This document shows, in pieces, positions 48,561 to 64,000 of a stretch of 64,000 bases of DNA. The notes under the pieces were generated by a model. The model was given only the letters and a program-made list of their open reading frames with translations, made no database searches and was not told the DNA's origin. Both the position numbers and the translations under genes were made by a program. Numbering within the stretch: the stretch's first letter is position 1; each line of letters begins with the position of its first letter. Source of the stretch: the human T2T-CHM13v2.0 reference genome, Homo sapiens; NCBI RefSeq assembly GCF_009914755.1, contig NC_060931.1. One strand, written 5' to 3'.

Positions 48561-50577
48561 GAGGTGCCTGGAGCTTGCTTGGGTCTAGCTTGGATCATCA
48601 GGTTTGTCTGTAGCTGATTTATTTCTTTAAGTTTCCCTGCCGCAGAGTGAAGCAGATACGTGTGTGTTGGGGCATTCGGGGCATGGAGGAGGAAGAAAGG
48701 CATTAAATTTTTTTTTTTTGCTTCTGCACCCCATTTTTCCCCAACAAATTGTGATGGAATTAGTAGGTGTTGACAAGTTGTCCATTTGCTTTGAATTTGG
48801 GTAAGTCGTACACTCTTAAAAGATGACCATAATTTAGCGCTGTGGATTTATTCTTTCCTGGTCCTTACCGTCTCCCCACCCCCCACCACCCCGCATTTAA
48901 AGCAAACAACAGTATCAGCAACAAAAAACCCACACATCCTGGAAAAATTCTCAAGATTTCTAACCTAGTTCTCTATATCCATTGTACATACTACTGTATT
49001 TCCTTTTAACGCTTTTTTAAGATAGAAAACTATTGTGCTAACCATGGATTGATTTCATTATGAATTTAAAAGTTATAAATTTAGAACCATAATGAATCAA
49101 TGAATAATTGGCCGATGTGTAAGGGAGAGAAATATGTTAACTTACTAAAAGTTGGGCATAGAACATAGCTCTGCCAGGAAAAAGTGCGCATAATTTCAAG
49201 TTGCTTCATTCTGGTGTGAGTTTGGGAAGTTGGAATCCGAGTTTTTAGAAGGTATTTAGATGACAGCTTTTCACCCTCTTAGGTAAATGGCAGTTGAGCT
49301 TAATGCCCATGATGCTGTATGTTCTAAATATTGTATATAGTACACTATACTTTCTACCAGTCTTTATATATAGATGTACAGTTTAAGTGAATATAAAGTT
49401 TCAAGTTAGCAAACAGTTAACTCTTCACCTTATGGTAAGTGAAACAATGACTTAGTAAGGAAAGTATGACTCATTTAAAATTCTTCATAAAGAGAATAAT
49501 TTTTCAGTATTAGTGGAGAGCTACTAAATGCCTCTCAAATTTGCCTGGAATGTGTATTTTTTTGTATCTTCCTACTTAGGATTAAGCATTTTAGAAATAT
49601 TTTGTGTTTCCTATTTAAAGTTTTTCATAATTATGCTTTTTAAGACTAGACTACGTTGAGTAAATTCAATATCCAGTTATTCTTAAAATTGTATCACAAA
49701 TTTATTTCAGGGTACACATAATGAGTTCTTGTTTACCTAATAGAAATATGAAAAAGTATGTCACTAGGCACATGCTACTATTTGTGTATTGATTTGTGCT
49801 AAAATTAAAATTGCATTATGCAGTTTAACATTATAAGCCATGGTAATTTAGAGTCTTTGTGTGGTAAAATCATTGATTGGAATTTTTGTGACAGTGCAGC
49901 TATAAATAAACCTTAAGTAGAAAATGGAAAGCTTGATGCTGAAATTAAATTCAGATAGGCTTAAAAGTTTAAGCTTCCCAATACAACCATCTTTTCTTTT
50001 AGAAGATTTCTTAAGATTTGATTAAAGACGCTGATGTACAAACTATAGCAAGGCTGAAAGAAAGGTATGACAAAAATCTTTTTACTTCAAATTCAGTGGG
50101 ATTAAGTCATTCTTTTAAAAGAAGAAAGGTGGGGAGCGGGAAGGAGACTTGTTCCATAAAATGAGAAGTTAGCCTTTTATCTTAAAATCTGGTTAGAGAG
50201 GAACTCCAATGTGTACTTAAATTATTTTGCAGCTAATTCAAATGTCCAAGGGGAATATATATGCCAAAATCTGTAATATGTGAGAATAGGAAGAGGGAGA
50301 AAAAAAATATATAAAGAAACTGGTGTTTGTGATTTAGGGAAGCACATAAGAAGGTGGGGGAAACTGAAAGGAAAGTCTAAATAAATTATCTAGCACCTGT
50401 AGTATGTGCTGCCTTGCACATTGAAGGGGCGTGTTGGGGGCAACGAGAGGCAATATTAGGGAGATTCTGGAATGGGAAACCTGTATATTAAAGCACATTT
50501 AAACGGCTAGATGTTGGATAATAGGCAGAATTTGAAATTAAATACAGCTTGGCATAGTTATTTGCATTCTTGGTCAT

Positions 50578-51022
50578 TGTATTTTCTAGGGCTGCGGTAA
50601 CAAAATACGACAAACTGGGTGATTTAAAACAACAGATTTATTGTCTCAGTTCTGGAGGCAAGATGTCTGAAATCAAGATGTAGGTATGGCCATGCTCTCT
50701 CAAGGTTCGAGGGGAGAATCTGTTCCATGCCTCTTAGCTTGTTGTGTTACTGCCAATCCTTAGCATTTTTTGGCTTGCAGCTATGTCACTCCAGTCTGTG
50801 ACTCTGTTATCACAACATAATCCCTGTGTGGCTCTGTCTTCAGATGGTGTGCTCCACTTCTTGCAAGGATACTAGTCGTATTGGATTAAGATCCACCCTA
50901 ATCACCTCATCTTAACTTGATTACATCTGCAAAGACCCTATTTTGAAATAAGGTCACGTGCAGAGGTACTGGAATTAGGACTTCAACCTATCTTTTGTGG
51001 GGACACAGTTTAACCTGTAACA
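50578..51022 (-). mobile_element. MLT1B/C LTR
   Basis: 'agggctgcggtaacaaaatacgacaaactgggtg...aaataaggtcac...gggacacagtttaacctgtaaca'. Confidence 0.85.
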
Positions 51023-51135
51023 GTTGCACGGTTTATCTTTTACATCGTTCAGTAAATGTTTAGCATTATAGACTGAATCAGAGGCTATAGTGGAAACAGG
51101 ATGGGACACTTACATTTATTTACATATATCAGTGA

Positions 51136-51529
51136 TGTCTTAATCTGTTTTCTGTTGCCTCTAGCAGAATATCTGAAACTGGATAATCTATAAAGAAAAG
51201 AAATTTATTCCTTACAGTTAGGAAGGCTGAAAAGTCCTGGTTCAGGGGGCCACATCTGGTGAGGGCATTTGCTGGTAGGGACTCTGCAGAGTCCTGAGGA
51301 TAGCACAGGGCACCACATGGTGAGGGGGCCGAGCATGCTAGCCCAGAACTCTTTCTTTCTTTCTTTCTTTCTTGTAAAGCTACCAGTTCCTTTCCCATGA
51401 TAACCCATTCATGAGGGCTGAACCCTTAGTACCCAGTCACCATTTAAAGACTCCAGCTCTCAATACTGCCACAGTGGTGATTAAGGTTCAACATGAGTTT
51501 TGGAGGAGACAAACATTCAGACCACAGCA
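51136..51529 (-). mobile_element. MST (MSTC/D-like) solo LTR inserted in an L2 tail
   Basis: TG...CA termini; near-TSD AGTGA/AGTGC. Confidence 0.8.
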
Positions 51530-52340
51530 AGTGCTTACTATGTGCCAGGTCCTGGAGATAAAACAGTGGATAGGCAAAAATCTCTGTCCTCATGGAGCTT
51601 ACATTCTGAAACACGGGTTCTAAAAATGTGGTCCCTGGATCTGCAGCATCATCATCACCTGGGAAGTTGTTAGAAATTGAAATTTTCAGGCTCCATCCCA
51701 GAACTCTTTATTTAACTAGCCTTCCAAATGATTCTGATGGAGACTCAGGTTTCAGAACCACTGATCAAGATGGAAAAGAGACAGTAAACAAGATGAATAA
51801 GTAAAATAATATTTGATATTAATAGGTGCTGTGGGTAAGCATAGGGTGGCCAGTGAAGACTCCTGAAAAGTAAAGACCTGAAGGAGTTGGAGAGTGAGCC
51901 ATATGAGCACCTGGGTGCGTGTTCTTAGCAGAGAACAGTTAAGTGTGAAGACCCTGGCACGTTTGAGGAATGACAAGCAGTTAGTATTAGGTTCAATCTA
52001 TGAAATTGCTGCTGTTTGTTCATTTTTGACCTACAAAAACACCAAATACTGGGGAGAAGAGATCAGAAAGAAAGGGGTGGAGTAGGATGCAGATTGTGGG
52101 TAGATCCTTGTAAGGTTTTGGCTCTCTAAGATTAGGAAGACGGGAGGGTTTTGAGCAAATGAGTGATGTGATCTGATTTCAGTTTTAAAAGGATCATTGT
52201 GGCTATTGGTAAAAATGGGCCAAAGAAGCAAAGGCTAAAGGAAGGGGAAAGTTGGTTAGAATGTTGTTGGAGTAGTTAAAAGACAGAGAGGTTGCTCAGA
52301 CCAGGGTGATAGCAGTGGAGAAGTCAGAAGAGGTACAAGA
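51530..52340 (-). mobile_element. L2 with nested MER5A (~51612-51763) and a MADE2-like fragment (~51985-52045)
   Basis: L2 'gcttactatgtgccagg'; MER5A 'tgtggtccctggatctgcagcatc...agaaccactg'; MADE 'tattaggttcaatctatgaaattgc'. Confidence 0.75.
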
Positions 52341-52366
52341 CTAAAAACGCACAGTAAATGGTTTGA

Positions 52367-52690
<324 letters not shown>

Positions 52691-52716
52691 TAACAAATTA
52701 GTGGAGAGGTTGTTAC

Positions 52717-52898
52717 CTGGAAACATTTAGCAATGTCTACAGACATTTTTGTTTGTCACAACTAGGGGGAATACTACTGGCATCTAGTGAGTAAAGGCCA
52801 GGGATGCTGGCTAAATATCCTACAGAGGACCGGACGGCTTCCACAACAGAGAGTTATCCAGCTCTTAATGTCAGTAGCGCCAAGGTTAAGAAACCTTA
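52717..52898. mobile_element. MER20 (hAT) fragment
   Basis: 'agacatttttgtttgtcacaact...ggcatctagtgagtaaaggccagggatgctg...aatgtcagtagcgccaaggttaagaaacc'. Confidence 0.85.
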
Positions 52899-55223
52899 GT
52901 TTAATGGGATTTACAGAGGTTGGTGGGAAGCAAGTGTTGTAGTCAGAGAAGACAGTAGGAAGAGGAGCTGACCATATTGGGAACCTTTCAGTAACTGTAG
53001 ACAGTTCAGGATTGCTGAAGCAGACATAAATTATAAGGCACAGAATAGCAAAAGACGAGGCTGGAAACCTGGACAGGCTCTAGGTCATAGCCTTTATTTA
53101 TATATCATGTTAATAAAAAATGTTTAGTTTTTGTCTTGTAGGCAGTGGAGTTCCGTGAAAGGATTCATGGGGTGACATGGTCAGCTTTTCATTTTAGAGA
53201 GCTCATTCTGGTGACGGGGTATGAGTTAAAGAGGGATAGCACTTGAGTCAGAGAGGTTAGATATTGTAATAGCCTGTGGGGAGAGAGGAGAGTCTGAAAT
53301 AGGATAAATACTAGAAATGGAGAGGAGACAATGGATTAGAATAATATTTAGGAAGTAATGTTGGCAAGACTTGGTAATTGGATTTGGGGTGAAGATAAGG
53401 GAAGCATTAAGAATATCTGTGTACTTTGTAGTTTAGATAATCCTGTGGCTCTGAGTGAAATAGGAACCCATTGGTGAATAATTTAGGTAATTACCAGTAA
53501 TTAAGGTAAAATGAGCAGAGGAAAGTAATGAGTCACTTTGGAGGTGTTGAATTAGAGATGCCTATGGTCCAGGTGGAAGTATTTAGCAGGCATTTGTGTA
53601 TGTGAATCTGAAACTTGGAGAAGTCTGAAAGGATCAAGAGATCATTTTGTTTGACAAGTGTGGAGAAATTAGTGGACTTTAATTTTTATCATATTATTTC
53701 ACTCTGTAGATAAAAATTGCCTCCCTTTATTTAATTTTTATCAGAAAAGTAATGTGTGTACCCGATGCAAAATTAAAACATCAAAAGGTTATAAAATAAA
53801 AAAAAATTTGTCCTTCCTTGCTCATGCCACCCAGTGCTAGTTCCCAGAGATAGCTCTTGTTAAATATCATATGTATATATATCTTAACAGATTTTAAAAT
53901 ATATACAGAAACATTTAAAAAGCCAAGTGAAATCATACTAGAAAATATTTCGGTACATTGTCTTAAAAAATAAACCTTTTATCTTATACAGTTGTTAAAA
54001 TGAATGACATTGTGTTATGGATAAAATAAGTGAAGGGGTAAATTAAAGTGCAGACTAACCGATAAGCATGATCTCTGATGTAAATTAAAAGCTGAACATA
54101 CATATGTGATGATATAGGCATTACCCAACGATACGAAAGCAGTTACTTTTGGGGAGAGATAGTGGTAGAGATGGTAAAGAAAATTTACTCTTTTCTGTCT
54201 ATGATTTTCTTTCATTTGTTTAGGTTTGTTCCTTTTGTTTTCTTTACATTTTCTGATGTTTAAAAAAATACCCAGTATACCTTATTAACAATAAAAAGTA
54301 ACCTTTGTCAAAAGCACAAAGATTTTCCCTATCAGCACATGTAGATCATTGTTTTTAACAGCTACTACTATTCTATGCTATGGCTCTATCTTTTTTTTAA
54401 AAAACTGGTTCCTCATCAACAGACAGACGTCTTATGGTTATGGCTGTCGAGCATCTTGGCTGACTTCTATGATTATATCTGTAAAATAAGTTTCTGATCA
54501 TGAAGTGATATATCAAGGCATAATTAGTTAAAAATTTAAAAAGATGTTGTGAAATGCCCTTCCAAAAGACAGTAAAAGTATGTATTATGAGAAAGAATAC
54601 AGGACTACCAGTTTTCTTGTATCTGTGTCAATAACAGCTGTTAATAAACTTTAAAAGTTTTGCCAATATGTTAGGTTAAAAATAATATCTCTTCATTTGA
54701 TTTACCTTTGTGAGTGAAATTTGAACATCGTTGACCATTTTTTACTGTGAATCTTTTATTTTCTTTATCTGTTTTTGTATTTGGTTAACTATCTTTTTTA
54801 TTATTTATGATACTTTTTGGTTCTTTTTGCTGTACATTAAAAAAATATATTTCATAAAGAAATATGCCCTTTAACCAGCGACTTCATTGCCAGAAGTTTA
54901 TCCAATGAATAAACTCATAGTGTTTTAATAGTCACAGCTTCTGAGTGTGGGAGAGATCTCAATTCGTAATATCAAAATGCAAAAATATATTTTCTTCCAG
55001 TTTTGTTTTAATTCCATTTTCTAAAATACTGAAATCTTAGAAACATTTGAAATTGTTACTAGAAAGTAAGGATCCAGCTGGTTTTGTTTTTTTTTCCCCA
55101 AAAGATTAATTAATTCAATACCATTTCTTCAATAAGCCACCTTTTTCTTGATTTGAAATGCTGTTTATTATGTATTAAATTTCCACATGAATTTTTGTTT
55201 TCCATAGAGTCTTTATTTCAACC

Positions 55224-55708
55224 TGATGAAGTCCCTTTATAAGATTCATCTGGTAGAGACCACCAGGGACACATCTGTAGGCTGACAAAGGTTAATTAGC
55301 TTGCTGCAGTGAAGGAGACTTGCACAGCAGAGGAAATGTCAGCATTTCTAAAGAAGGAACCAGGGTTATTATAGGATTTTGGAGAATGGTGGAGTTTGGA
55401 TAAAGTTTAAACGCAACAATATTTGATAAGCTTAAAGCACGGCAAGACTGTGTGTCAAGGGTTAATAAACATCAGGCCTGGGCTGAGAAGCTGACTCAGG
55501 ATTCTGATTCCCTGGAGACTACAAAATCGCGATACATGTGGAATGTTGTGTCTGGAAACCCCTTATCTGAAGCTCTGAGTTGCAAAGTGAGGTTGCTTCT
55601 GTTTCATAATGATCTACCATCAGTGCGAGAGTGGGATGTTCCATTCTCACTTTATAAAATTTCAAATAACATAGTTTCTGACAGTCTGATGTAGAGAACA
55701 GTTTCTCA
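55224..55708. mobile_element. Probable old ERV solo LTR, family uncertain
   Basis: ~485-bp TG...CA-bounded block, more GC-rich than the surrounding AT-rich old L1 sequence. Confidence 0.4.
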
Positions 55709-56159
55709 GCACATTGTCTTTAGTATTAACAAATGCATTTTTTTAAACAGACTGAGAGTTTGTTCAGCATAAATACCAAATTGTTTTCATTACCTTTTTT
55801 AAGGTAATATATTTTTATATGTAGTAAACTTTGTCTCTTCCCCTTCCCCAGTTCCCCTTTCAAGAGTTTTCCAGTGATACTCACCTATTTTTCCAGATAA
55901 CATTTAGAATAATTTTTGCCACATTAATTTTTTAAAATCTTTTTTATAACTTAAAATTGATCAGATCAGATTAGTACACCCCTTCCCACAATGCCCCTTT
56001 CCAGAATTTCCCAGTTACACCCACATGTTTATTGGTCCAAAGTTTTAGAATACTTTTTGCCAAGTTATATAATTTTTTAAAATCTTCCTGTGTTTTAGCT
56101 GGGATTACTTTACATACAGGTTAATTCGGAGGAAATCAACATCATTATCATTGATACCT

Positions 56160-57340
56160 TTTTTTTTCCAAACTTTTTAAAATTTTGGTAAAATACATAC
56201 AAAGTTTACCATCATAATCATTTTTAAGTTTATAGATCAGTGGTATTAACTACATTTATATTGTTGTGCAACCATCACCGCTGTTTATCTCCAGAACTCT
56301 TTATTTTGTAAAACTGAAGCTCTATATCCGTTTAAACGATAGCTCTCCATTCTCACCTTTCCACAGGCCCTGGAAACCAAAAGCCTACTCTGTCTCTGAT
56401 TTTTCACTACTTTAAAGTACTTCATGTAGGTGGAATTGTGCATTATTTGTCCTTTTGTGATTGGCTTATTTCATTTAGCAAAATGTCCTCAAGATTCATT
56501 CATTTTGTAGCATATATCAGAATTTCCTTACTTTTCAAGGCTGAATACTATTCCATTGTATGTAAATACATTTTGCTTGTTCATTCATCCTCAGTGAACA
56601 CGTGGTTTGCTTCACATTTTAGCTCTTGTGAATACTGCTGCAATGACCATGAGTGTACAAATACTTTCTTGAAACCCTGCTCTCATTGGGTATATATCCA
56701 GAAGTGGAATTGCTGGATCATATGGTAATTCTATTTTTAATTTTTTGAGGAATTTTCATACTGTTTTCCATAGCAGAAATAACATTTTACTTTCATACCA
56801 ATAGTATACAAGGGTTCCAGTTTCTCCACATTCTCTTCAACACTTAACAATTTTCTGAATTTTGATGGTAACCATTGTTATGGGTATAAGGTAGCATCTC
56901 ATTGTAGTCTTGATTTGTTTTGCTAATGATTAGAGATGTTGAGTATCTTTTCATCTGTTTATTGGCCATTTGTGTATCTTAGGAGAAATGTGTATTTGAG
57001 TCTTTTGCACATTGTTGAATCAGGTTGATTTTTTTTGTTTGAGTTTTAGGAATTTTCTATATATTTTGGATACTAATCTCTTATCAGATAATACGATTTG
57101 CCTGTATTTTCACCCATTCTGTGGCTTGCCTTTTACTGTTGATAGGGTCTTCTGGTGCACAAATTTAAAAATTTTTCATCAAATCTAATTTGCCAATATT
57201 TTCTTTCAGTGACTCTGCCTTTGTTGTCACATCCAAGAAATCATTGCCAAATATAATGTCATGAAGCTCTTTTGTTCAATGTTCTAAGAATTTTATAGTT
57301 TTAGGTCTTATATTTAGGTCTTTGATCCATTTTGAGTTAC
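56160..57340 (-). mobile_element. L1MB-type 3' end
   Basis: 'gttgtgcaaccatcacc...tatccagaagtggaattgctggatcatatggtaattc'; cut off at 57340 by a younger L1. Confidence 0.85.
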
Positions 57341-60300
57341 TTTTTCTTCTTTTTTTTTTATTTCAATAGGCTTTTGGGGAACAGGTGGTGTTGGGTTACA
57401 TGGATATGTTTTTTGGTAATGATTTTTGAGATTTGGGTGCACCCCTCACCCAAGCAGTGTACACAGTACCCAATGTGTAGTCATTTATCCCTCACCCCCT
57501 CCCACCCTTTACTTCAAGTTCCCAAAGTCCATTGTATCATTCTATGCCTTTGCATCCTCATAGCTTAGTTCCCATTTATGAGTGACAACTTACAATGTTT
57601 GGTTTTCCATTCCTGAGTTACTTTACTTAGAATAATGGTCTCCACCTCCATCCAGGTTGCTGTGAATGCCATTATTTCATTATTTTTTATGGCTGAGTAG
57701 TATTCCGTGGTGTGTGTGTGTGTATATTATACATACCACATTTTCTTTATCCACTTGTTGATTGATGGGCATTTGGGTTGATTCCATATTTTTGCAGTTA
57801 CAAATTGTGTTGCTATAAATGTGTGTTCAAGTGTGTTTTTCGTATAATGACTTCTTTTTCTCTGGGTAGATACCCAGTAGTGGGATTGCTGGGTCAAATG
57901 TTAGATCTACTTTTGGTTCCTTAAGGAATCTCCACACCATTTTCCATAGTGGTTATACTAGTTTACATTCCCAGCAGCAGTGTAAAAGTTTTCCCTTTTT
58001 ACCACATTGATGCCAACATCTATTATTTTTTGATTTTTTGATTATGGCCATTCTTGCAGGAGTAAGGTGGTATTGCATTGTGGTTTTGATTTGCATTTCC
58101 CTGATAATTAGTTGTGTTGAACATGTTTTCATATGTTTGTTGAACACTTGTATATCTTCTTTTGGGAATTGTCTATTCATGTCCTTAGCCCACTTTTTGA
58201 TGGGATTGTTTGTTTTTTTTCTTGCTGATTTGTTTGGTTTTTTTGTAGATTCTGGATATTAGACCTTTGTCAGATGCATAGTTTACCAAGATTTTCTCCA
58301 CTCTGTGGGTTGTCTGTTTACTGATTATTTCCTTTGCTGTGCAGAATCTTTTTAGTTTAATTAAGTCCCATCTATTTGTCTTTGTTTTTGTTGAATTTGT
58401 TTTTGGGTTCATGGTCAGGAAGTCTTTGCCTAAGCCAATGTCTAGAAGGGTTTTTCTGATGATATCTTCTGGGACTTTTATGGTTTCAGGTCTTAAAAGA
58501 TTTAAGTCTTTGATCTAATCTTGAGTTCATTTTTGTGTAAGGTGAGAGATGAGGATCCAGTTTCATTCTTCTACATGTGGCTTGCCAGTTACCCCAGTAC
58601 CATCTGTTGAATAGGGTGTCCTTTCCCCACTTTACGTTTGTGTTTGCTTTGTCAAAGATCAGTTGGCTGTTAAGTATTTGGCTTTATTTCTGGGTTCTGT
58701 ATTCTGTTTCATTGGTCTATGTGCCTATTTTTATACCAGTACCATGCTGTTTCGGTAACTATAGCCTTTTAGTTTAGTTTGAAGTCGGGTAATGTGATAC
58801 ATCCAGATTTGTGGGTTTTGGGGGGTTGTTTTTGTTTTTGCTGAGTCTTGATTTGGCTATGTGTGTTCCTTTTCAGTTTCATATGAATTTTAGGATTGTT
58901 CTCCCTAGCTCTGCAAAGAATGATGGTGACATTTTGATAGGAATTACATTGAATCCGTAGATTGCTTTTGGCAGTATGATCATTTTCACAATATTGATTC
59001 TACCCATCCATGAGCATGGAATGTGTTTCCATTTGTTTGTGTCATTTTCAATTTCTTTCAGCAGTGTTTTGTAGTTTTTCTTGTAGATGTCTTTCACTTC
59101 CTTAGGTATATTCCTAAGTATTTTATTTTTTTTTTGCAGACATAGTAAAAGAGTTTGAGTTCTTGATTTGATTTGCAGCTTGGTTGCTGTTAGTGTATAG
59201 CAATGCCACCGATTTGTGTACATTAATTTTGTGTCCTGAAACTTTACTGAATTCATTTGCCAGTTCTAGGAGCTTTTTGGATGAATCTTTAGGGTTTTCT
59301 TGGTGTATGATCATATCATCAGCAAACAGCAACAGTTCGACTTCCTCTTTACTGATTTGATGCCCTTTATTTCCTTGTCTTGTCTGATCCCTCTGGCTAG
59401 GACTTCCAGTACTATGTTGAATAGAAGTAGTGAGACTGGGCATCCCTGTCTTGTTCCAGATCTCAGGGGAAATGCTTTCAACCTTTCTCCATTCAGTATA
59501 ATGTTAGCTGTAGGTTTGTCATAGATGGCTTTTATTACCTTAAGGCATCTCCTTTCTATGCCAATTTTGCTGAGTGTTTTAATTATAAAGGGACACTGGA
59601 TTTTGCCAAATGCCTTTTCTGTGTCTATTGAGATGATTATGTGATTTTTGTTTTTAATTGTTTATGTGGTACATCACAATTATTGACTTGGGTATGTTAA
59701 ACCATCCCTGCACGCCTGGCATGAAACCCACTTGATAATGGTGTGTTATCTTTCTGATATGCTGTTGGATTCGGCTAGCTAGTATTTTGTTGAGGATTTT
59801 TGCATCTATGTTCATCAGGGATATTGGCCTGTAGTTTTCTTTTTTTTTGTTATATTATTTACTGGTTTTAGTATTAGGGTGATACTGGCTTCATAGAATG
59901 AATTAGGGAGGGTTTCCTCTTTCTCTGTATTGTGGGATAGTGTCAATAGGATTGGTATCAGTTCTTCTTTGAATATTGGATAGAATTTAGCTGTGAATCC
60001 ATCTGATTCTGGACTTTTTGTTTGTTGGCAGTTTTAATTACCATTTCAGTCTTGCTGCTTGCTGTTGGTCTGTTCAGAGTTTCTATTTCTTCCTGGTTTA
60101 ATCTAGGAGGGTTGTATGTTTTCAGGAATTCACCCATCTCCTCTCGATTTTCTAGTTTGTGAGCATAAAGGGGTTCATAGTAGCCTTGAATGATCTTTTG
60201 TATTTCTGTGGTATCAATCTAATATCTCCATTTCATTTCTAATTGAGCTTATTTGGATCTTCTTTGCTTGGTTAATCTAACTAATGATCTGTCAATTTTG

Positions 60301-61231
60301 TTTATCTTTTCAAAGAACCAGCTTTCTGTTTCATTTATCTTTTGTGTTTTTTGTTTGTTTCTTTCTTTGTCTCAATTTCATTTAGTTCTGTTCTGATCTT
60401 TGTTGTTTCTTCTTCTGGATTTGGGTTTGGTTTGTTCTTGTTTCTCTGGTTCCTTAAGGTGTAACCTTAGATTGTCTGTTTATGCTCTTTCAGACTTTTT
60501 GATGTAGGCATTCATTGCTGTGAACTTTGCGTTTAGCACCACTTTTGCTTTATCCCAGAGGTTTTGATAGGTTGTGTCACTTTTATCATTCAGTTCAAAG
60601 GATTTTTAAATTTCCACCTTGATTTCATTGTTGACTGAATGATCATTCAGGAGTAGGTTATTTAATTTCCATGTATTTACATGGTTTTGAGGGTTCCTTT
60701 TGGAGTTGATTTCCAATTTTATTCCACTATAGTGTGAGAGAGTACTTGCTATAATTTTGATTTTCTTAAATTTGTTGAGACTTGTTTTGTGTCCTGTCGT
60801 GGTCTGTTTTGGAGAAGGATCCATGTGCTGATGAATAGAATGTATATTCTGTAGTTGTTGGTAAATGTTCTGTAAATGTCTGTTAAGTCAATTTGTTCTG
60901 GGGTATAGTTTAAGTGCATTGTATCTCTATTGATTTTCTGTCCTGATGACTTGTCTAGTGCCGTCAGTGGAGTATTAAAGTCCCCCACTATTACTGTGTT
61001 GCTGTTTATCTTATTTCTAAAGTCTAGCAGTAATTGTTTTATAAATTAGGGAACTCCAATGTTAGGTGCATATATATTTAGGATTGTGATATTTTCCTGT
61101 TGGACAAGGCCTTTTGTCATGATATAATGTCTCTCTTTGTCTTTTTTAACTTGTTGCTTTCAAGTCTGTTTCGTCTGAAACAAAAATAGCTACTTCTGCT
61201 AGCTTTCTGTGTCCACTGGCTTGGAATATCT
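57341..61231 (-). mobile_element. L1PB-type LINE (3'UTR through ORF2 EN domain)
   Basis: L1PB 3' end 'ggggaacaggtggtgttgggttacatgg'; ORF2 remnants LFADDMII and MGDFNTPLTALD. Confidence 0.9.

Positions 61232-64000
<2,769 letters not shown>

Noticed and set aside
47374-48703. Many overlapping 100-180 aa ORFs on both strands
   Set aside because: Expected from stop-codon scarcity in a CpG island; Arg/Pro/Gly-rich with no domain similarity.

Overview
Primate genomic DNA, most likely human or another ape given an L1PA2/3-type element. It is dominated by interspersed repeats: a full-length antisense L1PA5/6-type LINE-1, a 5'-inverted L1PA3-type element, several old L1M/HAL1/L2/MIR copies, Alus, MaLR/ERV LTRs and DNA-transposon fossils. 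The only clear host-gene element is a CpG-island promoter (~47.6-48.6 kb) with a + strand first exon ending at a strong donor (48026/48027); the rest of the window is its repeat-filled first intron. A 5'-truncated processed UTP6 pseudogene lies ~4 kb upstream. No intact host protein-coding exon is seen, and I found no convincing new biological system. The best leads are an open, splice-competent L1 ORF0 pointing toward the gene, a young 21-bp VNTR upstream of the promoter, a candidate divergent lncRNA exon, and several well-preserved insertion or rearrangement histories. Repeat family names come from remembered consensus sequences, not a database search. Boundaries without a stated TSD are approximate.
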